This document shows, in pieces, positions 26,983 to 37,221 of a stretch of DNA of 64,000 nucleotides; positions within the stretch are counted from its first letter, which is position 1, and each line of letters starts with the position of its first letter. Location of the stretch: assembly GCA_023662875.1 (NCBI GenBank), contig JAMPIG010000002.1:54597-118596 (forward strand), read 5' to 3'. The translations under genes and the position numbers were made by a program. This DNA comes from Roseburia sp. (lineage in GTDB: Bacteria; Bacillota; Clostridia; Lachnospirales; Lachnospiraceae). The notes below the pieces were generated by a model that was given only the letters and a program-made list of their open reading frames with translations, was not told where the DNA came from and searched no databases.

Positions 26983-27076
26983 TCGTAACCCCCCCAATAC
27001 ATTATGGTATTTGTTACACCCCATAAGAAGAAATACCTTCTCTAAAAAGGGCAGTCATATACGGGCTGCCCTTTTT
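26983..27076 (+). ncRNA. Candidate small RNA with three hairpins and C-rich segments
   Basis: TG-C-TATTAT/TATAAT -10 at 26969-26980; stem 26985-27017 with C-rich bulge; stem 27026-27041; terminator 27044-27076; no plausible ORF. Confidence 0.55.
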
Positions 27077-27198
27077 ACTGTAAAAAACTCCATGCGAAGG
27101 GGAGCAGTCTGCCGCGGGGGATTTTTTCTGAAATCCTCTTGAATTAGGACAGTATATTCTGTAAAATAGAGGTATCGGTAAATCGGGAGAATAAGACT

Positions 27199-29310
27199 GT
27201 GGAAGAGAAGCTTGCGTTTGAAAAAATAAAGGCATTACAGAATAATAGACAGTATATTGCGACCATGCGCCCTGTGTTCAACAAGCGCGCCCTGTTTTCG
27301 GATACTACCGGGGAATATCTGATTCCTCCGGAGCCGGGGCCGAACGAGGAGGTTGAGATCCGGTTCCGCACGGCTAAGAATAACGTGGATCGCGTGCTCC
27401 TGCTCTACGGGGGCGAGAAGTACGTTATGGAAAAGGCGGAAAGCGATAAGCATTTTGACTACTATCGCTATGTGGTACGGCTGGGAGAAGAGAAGCTTAC
27501 ATACTGCTTTGAGGTGCAATCCGGCAGACTGAAGGGTTATTATGATGTGAGAGGTCTGGTACAGGATGTGAACGAGTATTACAATTTTGCGGTGATTCCC
27601 GGCTTTCGGACGCCAAAGTGGGCGAAGGGCGCTGTGATGTACCAGATTTATGTGGATCGGTTCCGCAACGGGGATCCCTCGAACGACGTGGAGACCAACG
27701 AGTACTGCTACATCGGAGAGCCGGTGAGGAAGGTGGAGGACTGGGGACGCTATCCGGCCCGTATGGACGTAAGGGATTTTTACGGCGGAGATCTGCAGGG
27801 AGTGATCGATAAGCTGGATTACCTGCAGGATCTGGGGGTCGAGGTGATTTACTTTAACCCTCTGTTTGTCTCCCCCTCCAACCATAAATACGACATTCAG
27901 GATTATGACTATATCGATCCCCACCTTGGCAGGATCGTGGACGACAGGGGGGAGGTTCTTCCGGAAGGCTGGAGGGAGAACCGGCAGGCTTCCCGGTACA
28001 TCAACCGTGTGACGAATCCGGCGAATCTGGAGGCCAGCAACCAGCTCTTTATCGAGCTGGTGGAGGAGGCGCACAGGCGCGGGATCCGCGTTATCATGGA
28101 CGGCGTCTTTAATCATTGCGGCTCCTTTAATAAGTGGCTGGATCGGGAGCGTATTTACGAGGGCGCGGAAGGGTATGAAAAGGGCGCTTATGTCAGCGCG
28201 GAGAGCCCTTACCGGAGCTATTTCCGTTTCTATAACGAGTATGCCTGGCCCTACAATGAAAGCTACGACGGCTGGTGGGGACACAATACGCTGCCGAAGC
28301 TGAATTATGAGGGATCCGCGGAGCTTCGGGATTACATTCTGCGGATCGGGAAAAAGTGGGTGTCGCCGCCCTTCAACGCGGACGGCTGGAGACTGGATGT
28401 GGCGGCGGATTTGGGCTACAGCCAGGAGTTCAATCATCGCTTCTGGCAGGAGTTCCGCAGGGCGGTAAGGGAAGCGAACCCGGAGGCCCTTGTCCTGGCG
28501 GAGCATTACGGGAACGCCAGGGATTGGCTGCAGGGAAACGAGTGGGATACGGTGATGAACTACGACGCGTTTATGGAGCCGCTGACCTGGTTCCTGACGG
28601 GGATGGAGAAGCACAGCGACGACTTCCGGGAGGATCTGCTGGGGAATGCGGAAAGCTTCTGGGGGGCGATGTACCATCACGGTGCCAGCTTTACCATGCC
28701 CAGCTGGCAGGTTGCCATGAATGAGCTGTCGAACCACGATCACTCCCGCTTTCTGACCAGGACGAACCACAGGGTCGGAAGAACGGACAGCGCGGGGCCT
28801 GCGGCGGCGGAGCAGGGTATTAATAAAGCGGTATTCCGGGAGGCGGTTCTGGTTCAGATGACCTGGGTCGGAGCGCCCACGATCTATTACGGGGACGAGG
28901 CCGGTGTTTGCGGCTTTACGGATCCTGACAGCCGGAGAACCTATCCCTGGGGGAATGAGGATCATGGGCTGATCGAGTACCATAAGAGGCTGATCCGAAT
29001 CAGGAGAGAGAATGACGAGCTGCGCACCGGCTCCATCAAGCATGTCGACGGGGACTACAATTTTCTGGCCTACGGGCGGTTTCATCGTAAGGGCCAGTGC
29101 CTGATCGTGGTGAATAATAACGATTATTCTTTAGAGAGGCAGATCTTTGTCTGGGAGCTTGGGACGCCGAAGCACGGCGTGATGCGGGCGTTAGTCTGGA
29201 CGGATGGCGACGGCTTCAGCGAGGGGCAGGAGTTCCCGATCACGGGCGGAAGGATCCAGATAAAGCTTCCCGCAACCTGCGCCGCGGTTTTAAAATATTT
29301 CGAAGCTTAG
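27199..29310 (+). CDS. GH13 alpha-glycosidase (neopullulanase/cyclomaltodextrinase-like) with N-terminal CBM-like domain
   Basis: YQIYVDRF, GGDLQG, DGVFNH, DGWRLDVA (nucleophile), AEHY and NHD. Confidence 0.92.
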   Translation: MEEKLAFEKIKALQNNRQYIATMRPVFNKRALFSDTTGEYLIPPEPGPNEEVEIRFRTAKNNVDRVLLLYGGEKYVMEKAESDKHFDYYRYVVRLGEEKLTYCFEVQSGRLKGYYDVRGLVQDVNEYYNFAVIPGFRTPKWAKGAVMYQIYVDRFRNGDPSNDVETNEYCYIGEPVRKVEDWGRYPARMDVRDFYGGDLQGVIDKLDYLQDLGVEVIYFNPLFVSPSNHKYDIQDYDYIDPHLGRIVDDRGEVLPEGWRENRQASRYINRVTNPANLEASNQLFIELVEEAHRRGIRVIMDGVFNHCGSFNKWLDRERIYEGAEGYEKGAYVSAESPYRSYFRFYNEYAWPYNESYDGWWGHNTLPKLNYEGSAELRDYILRIGKKWVSPPFNADGWRLDVAADLGYSQEFNHRFWQEFRRAVREANPEALVLAEHYGNARDWLQGNEWDTVMNYDAFMEPLTWFLTGMEKHSDDFREDLLGNAESFWGAMYHHGASFTMPSWQVAMNELSNHDHSRFLTRTNHRVGRTDSAGPAAAEQGINKAVFREAVLVQMTWVGAPTIYYGDEAGVCGFTDPDSRRTYPWGNEDHGLIEYHKRLIRIRRENDELRTGSIKHVDGDYNFLAYGRFHRKGQCLIVVNNNDYSLERQIFVWELGTPKHGVMRALVWTDGDGFSEGQEFPITGGRIQIKLPATCAAVLKYFEA

Positions 29311-29547
29311 CTGCTGTTCCGGCTTGATTGTTTATAGAGCGGGCATGCAGAAATGATGCAATCATGAGTTATACTGGCTTTGCGATATGTGTAAAGCCAG
29401 TATTTTTCTTCTAAAAACGGCGTAGAAAAGGTCTGAAAAGCATAGACACAGTTTTCAGGGAAGAATCCGCGTCTTGACCGGAGAGGCGGGAATACCGGGC
29501 GGGAGAACCGGGAAGACGGGCAGGAGAAACAAAAGAGGAGGGATCCG

Positions 29548-30651
29548 GTGAGAAGGAGAATGGTATCGCTGCTGTTGGCGGCGGTTGTCAGTGTGGCATG
29601 GGCTTTTCCTGCGGCGGCCGCGGCGGAGCGGGAGGAGCTGGAGGAAATTATCCGGGCGTACGAGGAATACGAGGCGGCCTTCGCGGCGATTGAGAAGACG
29701 GGAGATATCGGGGAGAACGGTTTTTTCGTCATCGAGGATCAATGCTTTCCCGTCGTGCTGGAATCCTTTCTGGACGGGGAGACAGAGGTCAAGTTTATCC
29801 CGGTGATGTATGAGGAGTATAACCGGCTGGGAATCCTGATTGCGGACGAGAAGGGAAGGGTTCTTTATAAGTCGAATCAGCTGGAGACGAATCATCAATG
29901 GCTGGGGCTTATGGAGCAGCCGAACCGGGGGATTGCGGCGGTCTCCTTCCAGGATCTGGATCGGGACGGGCTGACGGATATTGTTCTGATTACGGACTGC
30001 ATCAACGAAGAAGAGGAGCCTGAAAGGCACTATAAGATCGGCGACGTGCTATTTCAGCGGGACGGTTCCTTTTACCGGGACTGGAGGATTTCTGATAAAA
30101 TCAACCGATTTGGCATGAATAAAAGCGTGGATTTTATTACCTCCTACGTCCGGGACGGGAATTCGACGGAGATTCTGTATACGGCGACTACGCTGGAGGA
30201 GCTGCTCGATAACGGCTTTCAGATGACCCGGGAGCACTGCTATTACCGGAATTTCGAGAAGCAGGGAACCCTGCAGGTAGTGCCGGGAATTATTAAGATG
30301 GCGGAGTATAACGTCTTTATGATTTACCTGGTGAACCGGCAGGGCTATATCGAGTGGAGCTTCCAGCCCATGGCCGACTACGATAACCTGTATGCCCTGA
30401 AGGGAATGGCCTGCAAGGATTTGGACGGGGACGGGATGAAGGATATCGTGGTATTGGGAAGGTACAGTTATTCCGGCCCGGAGAATGAGCTGCTGATCGA
30501 TACAAGATGCTCCATTTACTATCAGAGAACGGACGGATTTGCGGAGGATAAGGAATTTCAGGACTACTATACCTGCACCGGCGCGGATACGGTAAGCGGG
30601 TTGGTACGAATGATTCGGGAATACTGGGGGTGGACGGTAGAAAATGATTAA
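29548..30651 (+). CDS. Secreted protein with two DxDxDG (FG-GAP/VCBS-like) calcium-binding repeats
   Basis: Signal peptide; DLDRDGLTDI and DLDGDGMKDI in two similar halves. Confidence 0.75.
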   Translation: MRRRMVSLLLAAVVSVAWAFPAAAAAEREELEEIIRAYEEYEAAFAAIEKTGDIGENGFFVIEDQCFPVVLESFLDGETEVKFIPVMYEEYNRLGILIADEKGRVLYKSNQLETNHQWLGLMEQPNRGIAAVSFQDLDRDGLTDIVLITDCINEEEEPERHYKIGDVLFQRDGSFYRDWRISDKINRFGMNKSVDFITSYVRDGNSTEILYTATTLEELLDNGFQMTREHCYYRNFEKQGTLQVVPGIIKMAEYNVFMIYLVNRQGYIEWSFQPMADYDNLYALKGMACKDLDGDGMKDIVVLGRYSYSGPENELLIDTRCSIYYQRTDGFAEDKEFQDYYTCTGADTVSGLVRMIREYWGWTVEND

Positions 30652-31297
30652 GATACTGATTGTGGATGACGAGAAACCGATCTGCGACCTGATCGGCATT
30701 AACCTGACGGCAGCGGGGTACGAGTGCACCTCCGTGCAGGATGGGCTGAAGGCCATCGACCTGATCGATCGGGAGCAGTTTGACCTGATTCTGCTGGATA
30801 TCATGCTGCCGGGGGCGGATGGCTACGATATCATCGAATACATCCGGCCGCTGAAAATTCCGGTGATTTTTATTACCGCGAAGCATGAGGTAAAGGATCG
30901 GGTAAAGGGGCTGAAGCTGGGAGCGGAGGACTATCTGGTAAAGCCCTTCGACGTTGTGGAGCTGGTGGCGAGGGTAGAGGTGGTGCTGCGGCGCTACAAC
31001 AAGACGGAGAGCGTGCTCACGGCGGGGGATGTCGTGGTAGACACGGAGGCGAGAAAGGTGACGAAGGCGGGGAAGCCCGTCGTCGTGACCAATAAGGAGT
31101 ACGGCCTGCTGGTTCTTTTTATCCGGAATAAGAATATCGCGCTGTTTCGGGAGAATCTTTATGAGAAAGTCTGGGGGGACGAATATCTGGCGGACAGCCG
31201 GACGCTGGATCTGCACGTGCAGCGTCTGAGGCGCAAGATGGGCTGGGAGGACAACCTTGTGGCGGTATATAAGGTGGGCTACCGGCTGGAGATTTGA
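30644..31297 (+). CDS. OmpR family response regulator
   Basis: VDDE, LLDIMLP, ITAK and DYLVKPF; C-terminal winged helix (RTLDLHVQRLRRK). Confidence 0.95.
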   Translation: MIKILIVDDEKPICDLIGINLTAAGYECTSVQDGLKAIDLIDREQFDLILLDIMLPGADGYDIIEYIRPLKIPVIFITAKHEVKDRVKGLKLGAEDYLVKPFDVVELVARVEVVLRRYNKTESVLTAGDVVVDTEARKVTKAGKPVVVTNKEYGLLVLFIRNKNIALFRENLYEKVWGDEYLADSRTLDLHVQRLRRKMGWEDNLVAVYKVGYRLEI

Positions 31298-31314
31298 GGG
31301 GGCAAGTGCGGGAT

Positions 31315-32745
31315 ATGAAATTTCTCTATAAAATCTTGCTGTGGGTGATTATCATCATGGCGACAGCCCTCGGGCTGAGCGGGTATTTTTTCGTAAATTA
31401 TGTATTCCAGACGGCGCTGGATCGGGAGATCGAGCAGGCGCTGGACGACAGTAATATCCTGCAGTTTGCCTTTGAGACGGCGGCGCTGAACGTGCCTACG
31501 AAATATAATGTGCTCCGGGATACCGCCATAGAACAGATCGGCGCGAAGCTGGAGGGCGGAGGAAACGGCTCCGGGCGGCTGCTGCGGATTTCTGACGAGA
31601 ATAAGAAGGCGCTTTATGTCAGCGAGGGTTTTCCAGAGGATCAGGCGCTCCTGGAGAGCATTACGGAGAATACCAGAAGCTGGCAGGTAATCCGACTGGA
31701 GGAGCATTATTATATCCAGACGGGGATGCCGGTCAACGCGCTTGACAGAAGGCTTTATATGGAGACTATGGAGGATGTGACCGAGGTGTTCGCCGAGCGG
31801 ACGATGGGATTTTCTGTCTACCGGCAGGTGACCCTTGCCATGCTGGCAGCCAGCGCGGCGGTGATGTTCCTGATCGGAACGTTTTTGACAAAGCCCATCC
31901 GGATTTTGGCGGGGGCGACCCGGAAGATGGCGGCGGGAGATTACGGGTATCGGGCCAGGCAGATCAGCAGCGACGAGCTGGGGCAGCTGACCCAGGATTT
32001 TAACAGCATGGCGAACGTACTGGAAGGGACGATCGGGGAGCTGAAGGAGGAGGTTCGGGCCAGGGAGGACTTTATCGCGGCCTTTGCCCATGAGTTGAAG
32101 ACTCCCCTGACGGCGATTATCGGCTACGCGGATCTGCTGCGCTCCAGGAAGCTGGACGACGAGAAGCATTTCCTTTCCTCCAACTATATTTATACGGAGG
32201 GGAAGCGGCTGGAAAATATGTCCTTCCGCCTGTTGGATATCATCGTGACAAAGCGGGAGCAGATTCTGCCACAGAACGTCGAGGCAGGGAAAATTTTTGA
32301 ATATCTGGAAGCGATGTTCGCGGGAAATTCCGAACAGGAGCTGAGGGTTTCCTTCGAAAAGGGGACGGTATGCGCGGAGATTAACCTGATTAAGTCGGTG
32401 CTGCTGAATCTGGTGGATAACGCCTTTAAGGCTTCCGCTTTCGGCGATATTGTAGAGGTATCGGGGCGGAATCTGGAGAAGGGGTACGAGTTCCGCGTCC
32501 GGGATTACGGCGTGGGAATCCCGGCGGAAGAGGTGAAAAAGGTGACGGAGGCCTTTTATATGGTGGATAAGTCGCGGTCGAGGAGCCGAAACGGCGCGGG
32601 GCTGGGACTTGCCCTCTGCGTGGAAATCCTGCGGCTGCACGAAAGCGAGCTTCAGATCGAGAGCAGGGTAGGTCAGGGAACCTGTATCAGCTTTATTCTG
32701 CCGCAGAGAAAGGAGGAGCGGGCCGATGAAAAGAAGGATCGCTAA
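31315..32745 (+). CDS. HAMP-domain sensor histidine kinase
   Basis: 2 TM segments and HAMP; FAHELKTPL H-box, NLVDNA, DYGVGI, FYMVDKSRSR and GAGLGL. Confidence 0.95.
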   Translation: MKFLYKILLWVIIIMATALGLSGYFFVNYVFQTALDREIEQALDDSNILQFAFETAALNVPTKYNVLRDTAIEQIGAKLEGGGNGSGRLLRISDENKKALYVSEGFPEDQALLESITENTRSWQVIRLEEHYYIQTGMPVNALDRRLYMETMEDVTEVFAERTMGFSVYRQVTLAMLAASAAVMFLIGTFLTKPIRILAGATRKMAAGDYGYRARQISSDELGQLTQDFNSMANVLEGTIGELKEEVRAREDFIAAFAHELKTPLTAIIGYADLLRSRKLDDEKHFLSSNYIYTEGKRLENMSFRLLDIIVTKREQILPQNVEAGKIFEYLEAMFAGNSEQELRVSFEKGTVCAEINLIKSVLLNLVDNAFKASAFGDIVEVSGRNLEKGYEFRVRDYGVGIPAEEVKKVTEAFYMVDKSRSRSRNGAGLGLALCVEILRLHESELQIESRVGQGTCISFILPQRKEERADEKKDR

Positions 32746-33559
32746 TTTTCTGCTGCTGCCGCTTGCGGTTATTGTCGTAAGCGCCGCGGTCTGGGGTCCG
32801 GAGGCGCTGGCCGAGTACCGGGATATAAGTATTCTGAATCAGATCAGCAACCGGGAGGCGGAGACCGGAACGGAGGGATATCGTTATTCCCTGAGCGGCA
32901 ACGAGAAGCTGTATATCTTGTCGAAATGCCTGAATAACCAGATTCTGCCGGAGAGTGAGCAGAACGAGTTGACCCGGAACGACAGTCTGAATGTGGATTA
33001 TCAGGAGCTTACGGGCTCCTATGCCCTTGTGGTAAACCGGAAGGACTCCTCCGGGCAGGAGGTTCGGGAGAGCGTGGGAATCGAGCTCTGCAATCAGGCG
33101 GTAGAGGAGCTGAAAGGGCTGGGGATCCTGCCGGACGGGGTACGGCCGCTGCGGGAGGGGGCCTACAGCGCGGTCATGTACTCTGCCATCGATATACCGG
33201 AGCCCCGCAATAACGTGCTGGTCTGGAAAATTTCGCTGGAATCTGGCAAGCAGAACGCCAATAAGGCAAACCGGCTTTTGGACGCCTACGTTGACGCCGA
33301 CACGGGAAAAGCGTATGAGTTTTATGTCCGGATCGACGCTTCCTCCTGGGAGGATATCGACGCCGACGGGCTCATAGAGAAATGGGCGGAATACATGGGG
33401 CTGGAGGCTCCCCGGGAGTACGAGAGTACCAATCCCCTCTCCGAGACAACTCCCTATTTTAAAAAGTATGTCTTTGCGGGGATGGAGGAGGGCAGCACCG
33501 TTGTGACCATCGGTTTTTACGAGGGAATCAACGAACTGTTCCTGAAGATTTCCCGGTAA
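32726..33559 (+). CDS. Membrane-anchored extracellular protein, possible YycH/YycI-like auxiliary protein of the two-component system
   Basis: N-terminal TM segment; overlaps the kinase stop codon; function inferred from context only. Confidence 0.6.
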   Translation: MKRRIANFLLLPLAVIVVSAAVWGPEALAEYRDISILNQISNREAETGTEGYRYSLSGNEKLYILSKCLNNQILPESEQNELTRNDSLNVDYQELTGSYALVVNRKDSSGQEVRESVGIELCNQAVEELKGLGILPDGVRPLREGAYSAVMYSAIDIPEPRNNVLVWKISLESGKQNANKANRLLDAYVDADTGKAYEFYVRIDASSWEDIDADGLIEKWAEYMGLEAPREYESTNPLSETTPYFKKYVFAGMEEGSTVVTIGFYEGINELFLKISR

Positions 33560-33817
33560 AAACCCATGATGCAATTCCGATGGAAAAAAGATGAAATAAA
33601 TATGGAAAAAGGATGATATTTTGACGGGGTCCCCTCGTATCCTGAAGTATGAGAAGAATTTCTGATTACGGCGCGGACGGCTTCACGGAGAATCCGGAGG
33701 CTCGCAGGCTGCGAAAGCAAGCCGCTGAACGCAGGGAAAGGGTATTTTTCTCGGAGGAGGGGATTGCGCATGTACGGACAGGCGGGGAGAAAAGGGTATG
33801 AGGTAAGGCTGGTCAGG

Positions 33818-35218
33818 ATGAACCGGTGGGACGACAGGGTACGAGGCGAGAGAAAGAGCGGTGGAAGGATTGTCGGACGGGCCGCCGTTGTTCTGGCGGC
33901 GATGACTGCGGCCTTCGCGGCCTGCATGTGGATTATCTGGTTCTTAAGCCCGATCGACGCGGAGAAAACGACGATTGTGTCAGAAAAAGAAATGCTTGCC
34001 GCTGCCCCGGAGGCTGGGCCGATACAGGGGCCGGAACCGGAGGCAATCGTGATGGAGGAGCCGGAACCGGAGTCGAAAATCCCCTTGGTCGCGATCGACC
34101 CGGGACACGGCGGGGAGGACGAGGGCTGCAGCGGGGACGGCGTGCAGGAAAAGGATATCAACCTGGAGGTGGCGCAGAGACTTGCGGTCCGGCTGCGGGA
34201 TATGGGTTTTGACGTGATTCTGACCAGGGAGGACGGCGAGAAGGAGATTTCCCTGAAGGAGAGAGTGGATCTGGCGGAGGAAAAGGGAGCTGACATCTTT
34301 GTCAGTATTCATCAGAACGCCAGCGAGAAGGCGGTTTCGTCTGCAAAAGGGATTGAGACCTGGTACTGCGGACGGGACAGGGACTGCAGGCGTCTGGCCC
34401 AGCTGATACACAAGGGAGCCCTGGGAAAGACGAAAGCCCGGGAGAGGGAGCTGCAGGAGAGCCGGGAGCTTTATGTAATCCGGGAGACTTCTATGCCGGC
34501 CTGCCTGATTGAGACCGGATTTCTGACGAACGCGGAGGAGAGAAAGCAGCTCTGCGACGCCGACTATCAGGAGAAGCTGGCGGAGGGAATCGCGGAGGGA
34601 ATCTATTATTATTTTTATCCCAAGACGATGTACCTGACCTTTGACGACGGCCCTTCGGAGGAGAATACCTCGAAAGTGCTGGATATCCTGAAGGAGCGGG
34701 GAATCAAGGCTACCTTTTTTGTGGTGGGGGAAAATGTGCGAATGCACCCGGAGGTCGCCCGCCGGATCGTGGAGGAAGGGCACACCATCGGGATTCACTG
34801 TAACCGTCATGATTACGAGGAGATTTATGAGAGCGCGGAGAGCTATCTGGCGGATTTTCAGGAAGCTTATGACACGGTTCTTGAGATAACCGGGGTAGAA
34901 GTAAAATTCTTCCGCTTCCCGGGCGGCAGTATCAACTGCTACAACGAGGAGGTATATGAGGAGATTATCGCGGAGATGACGGAGCGCGGCTTTACCTATT
35001 TTGACTGGAACGGCAGTCTGGAGGACGCGGTTTCCAAATCAACGCCGGAGAAGCTGGTAGAGAACGCGGTAAAGAGTACCCTGGGCCGGAAGAAGGTCGT
35101 CATGCTGGCCCACGATATTGTCTATAACACGACACTCTGCCTGGAGGAGCTGATCGACAGCTTCCCGGAGTACCGGATGGAGCCGCTGACGGAGGAGGTA
35201 AAGCCGATCCAGTTTTAG
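33818..35218 (+). CDS. Fusion of N-acetylmuramoyl-L-alanine amidase (Amidase_3) and CE4 polysaccharide deacetylase
   Basis: TM anchor; IDPGHGG, E, SIHQN and LIETGF; then TFDDGP, HCNRH, RFPGG and LAHD; start codon uncertain. Confidence 0.88.
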   Translation: MNRWDDRVRGERKSGGRIVGRAAVVLAAMTAAFAACMWIIWFLSPIDAEKTTIVSEKEMLAAAPEAGPIQGPEPEAIVMEEPEPESKIPLVAIDPGHGGEDEGCSGDGVQEKDINLEVAQRLAVRLRDMGFDVILTREDGEKEISLKERVDLAEEKGADIFVSIHQNASEKAVSSAKGIETWYCGRDRDCRRLAQLIHKGALGKTKARERELQESRELYVIRETSMPACLIETGFLTNAEERKQLCDADYQEKLAEGIAEGIYYYFYPKTMYLTFDDGPSEENTSKVLDILKERGIKATFFVVGENVRMHPEVARRIVEEGHTIGIHCNRHDYEEIYESAESYLADFQEAYDTVLEITGVEVKFFRFPGGSINCYNEEVYEEIIAEMTERGFTYFDWNGSLEDAVSKSTPEKLVENAVKSTLGRKKVVMLAHDIVYNTTLCLEELIDSFPEYRMEPLTEEVKPIQF

Positions 35219-35400
35219 GAGTGCAGATACGGAATCGCCTGGGTTTTGCGGCAGGAGAGCGAGGAGCGCGTTTCGCTTCAGACGGAGGGCTTTTTCAACG
35301 GGGGATTTCACGGGGAGGCAAAATTTTTTTGTAAATAGCTATTAAGTAACAGGCCTTCTGTGATACAATGGAATTATTATAGGATCGAAGGTGCGGCGAT

Positions 35401-37086
35401 ATGAACCAGGTAATTTCATTGGGGACACAGAGCTTTGAAAAACTAAGGCAAAATCATTCCTTTTACATTGATAAAACTTTGCTGATTCAGGAATGGTGGG
35501 AGAATCAGGATGATGTGACCCTGATCATGCGCCCGCGCCGTTTTGGGAAGACGCTGAATCTCAACATGCTGGACTGCTTCTTTTCCAACCAATATGCGGG
35601 GCGGGGCGACCTGTTCGAGGGGCTGGCTATCTGGGAGTCGGAGAAGTACAGGCAGCTGCAGGGGACGTATCCTGTCATTTCCGTAAGCTTCGCCACGGTA
35701 AAGGGCGACACCTATGAAACAGCGCGGGACGAAATCGTGCAGATTATCATTAATCTGTATACACAATATTATTTTCTGACACAGGGCGATGCCTTAAGCC
35801 CGATGGAAAAGGCTTATTTTGACTATATTAAAATGGATATGTCCGACTCCGTGGTGACAATGGCCCTGCATCGCCTTTCCATCTGCTTAAGCCATTATTA
35901 TGGGAAAAAGGTTCTTATATTTTTGGATGAATACGATACGCCTCTGCAGGAAGCATATGTGGGTGGGTACTGGGATAAAATGGTAGGGTTTATACGCGGT
36001 ATGTTCAATGCTGCCTTTAAGACAAACCCTTATATAGAACGCGCACTCCTGACGGGGATTACGCGGATAAGCAAAGAGTCCCTTTTCTCAGACCTGAATA
36101 ACCTGACTGTGATAACGACAACTTCCGAAGGGTATAACACACGGTTTGGCTTTACGGAGGAAGAGGTGTTCCACGCCTTAGACTTCTTTGGCGTACCGGA
36201 AGAAAAAGAGCAGGTGAAAGCATGGTACGATGGTTTCACTTTCGGCAGCCGGCATGACATCTATAATCCGTGGTCCATTACAGGATTTCTGAAAGAGAAG
36301 CGGTATAAGCCTTATTGGGCAAACACCAGCTCCAACAGCCTGATTAGTGTCCTGATCCGTGGGGGAAAAGCGGATATCAAAATAACGTTAGAGGATTTAC
36401 TGGATGGGAAGGCGCTGATTGCAGAAATCGATGAGGAAATCGTGTTTAACCAGCTTCAGGGGGAAGTAGGCGCTATCTGGAGCCTGCTTCTGGCAAGCGG
36501 CTACCTAAGGGTGGAAGAACAGACTTTCGACCCGGAAAATGGGACTTTCTTCTACGCGTTAAAGCTGACAAATAAGGAAGTCGCCATTATGTTCCGCAAT
36601 ATAATACGGAAATGGTTTACTGGAGATAGCGTGCCTTACAACGATTTCCTGAAAGCGATGCTGCAGGGCGATGTGAAGGCGATGAACCAGTACATGAACC
36701 AGGTGATCAAGGAGACATTCAGCTCCTTTGATTCCGGGAAGAAGCCTTCGGAGGAGGCACAGCCGGAACGGTTCTACCATGGGTTTGTGCTGGGGCTGAT
36801 GGCAGAGTTCAAAGGAAGATACCGGATTACGTCCAACCGGGAGAGCGGATTTGGGCGGTATGACGTGATGCTGGAGCCTATGAGGGCGGAGGATCCGGCA
36901 TTCGTGCTGGAGTTCAAGGTGCATGACCGGGATGACGGGGCTTCCCTTGCGGACACTGTGGAAGCGGCACGAAAGCAGATTGAGGAGAAAGCTTATGACA
37001 CGGAGCTGACGGCGAGAGGGGTTGCCAAGGAGCGGATTCGGCATTACGGGTTTGCCTTTGAGGGGAAGAAAGTGCTGATCGGGTGA
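35401..37086 (+). CDS. AAA-ATPase-like + PD-(D/E)XK nuclease protein
   Basis: RPRRFGKT, LDEYD, RESGFGRYDV, LEFK and QIEEKAY. Confidence 0.9.
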   Translation: MNQVISLGTQSFEKLRQNHSFYIDKTLLIQEWWENQDDVTLIMRPRRFGKTLNLNMLDCFFSNQYAGRGDLFEGLAIWESEKYRQLQGTYPVISVSFATVKGDTYETARDEIVQIIINLYTQYYFLTQGDALSPMEKAYFDYIKMDMSDSVVTMALHRLSICLSHYYGKKVLIFLDEYDTPLQEAYVGGYWDKMVGFIRGMFNAAFKTNPYIERALLTGITRISKESLFSDLNNLTVITTTSEGYNTRFGFTEEEVFHALDFFGVPEEKEQVKAWYDGFTFGSRHDIYNPWSITGFLKEKRYKPYWANTSSNSLISVLIRGGKADIKITLEDLLDGKALIAEIDEEIVFNQLQGEVGAIWSLLLASGYLRVEEQTFDPENGTFFYALKLTNKEVAIMFRNIIRKWFTGDSVPYNDFLKAMLQGDVKAMNQYMNQVIKETFSSFDSGKKPSEEAQPERFYHGFVLGLMAEFKGRYRITSNRESGFGRYDVMLEPMRAEDPAFVLEFKVHDRDDGASLADTVEAARKQIEEKAYDTELTARGVAKERIRHYGFAFEGKKVLIG

Positions 37087-37160
37087 GGCAGCAGAAAATA
37101 AAGAGCTGACAGGGCTTTGAAATGGGAATGTCAAGCATTTTTGAAGTTAGTGGTTTTTGT

Positions 37161-37188
37161 TTGACAGAAATGAAAATTGGGCTATAAT
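37161..37188 (+). promoter_or_regulatory. Sigma-A promoter of the MATE gene
   Basis: TTGACA-N16-TATAAT. Confidence 0.7.
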
Positions 37189-37221
37189 AGAGTCAAAAGC
37201 AGACTCTATTATTTAAGGGCG

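Noticed and set aside
33560-33817. c-di-AMP or c-di-GMP riboswitch upstream of the amidase gene
   Set aside because: The conserved motifs of these aptamers are not present by eye
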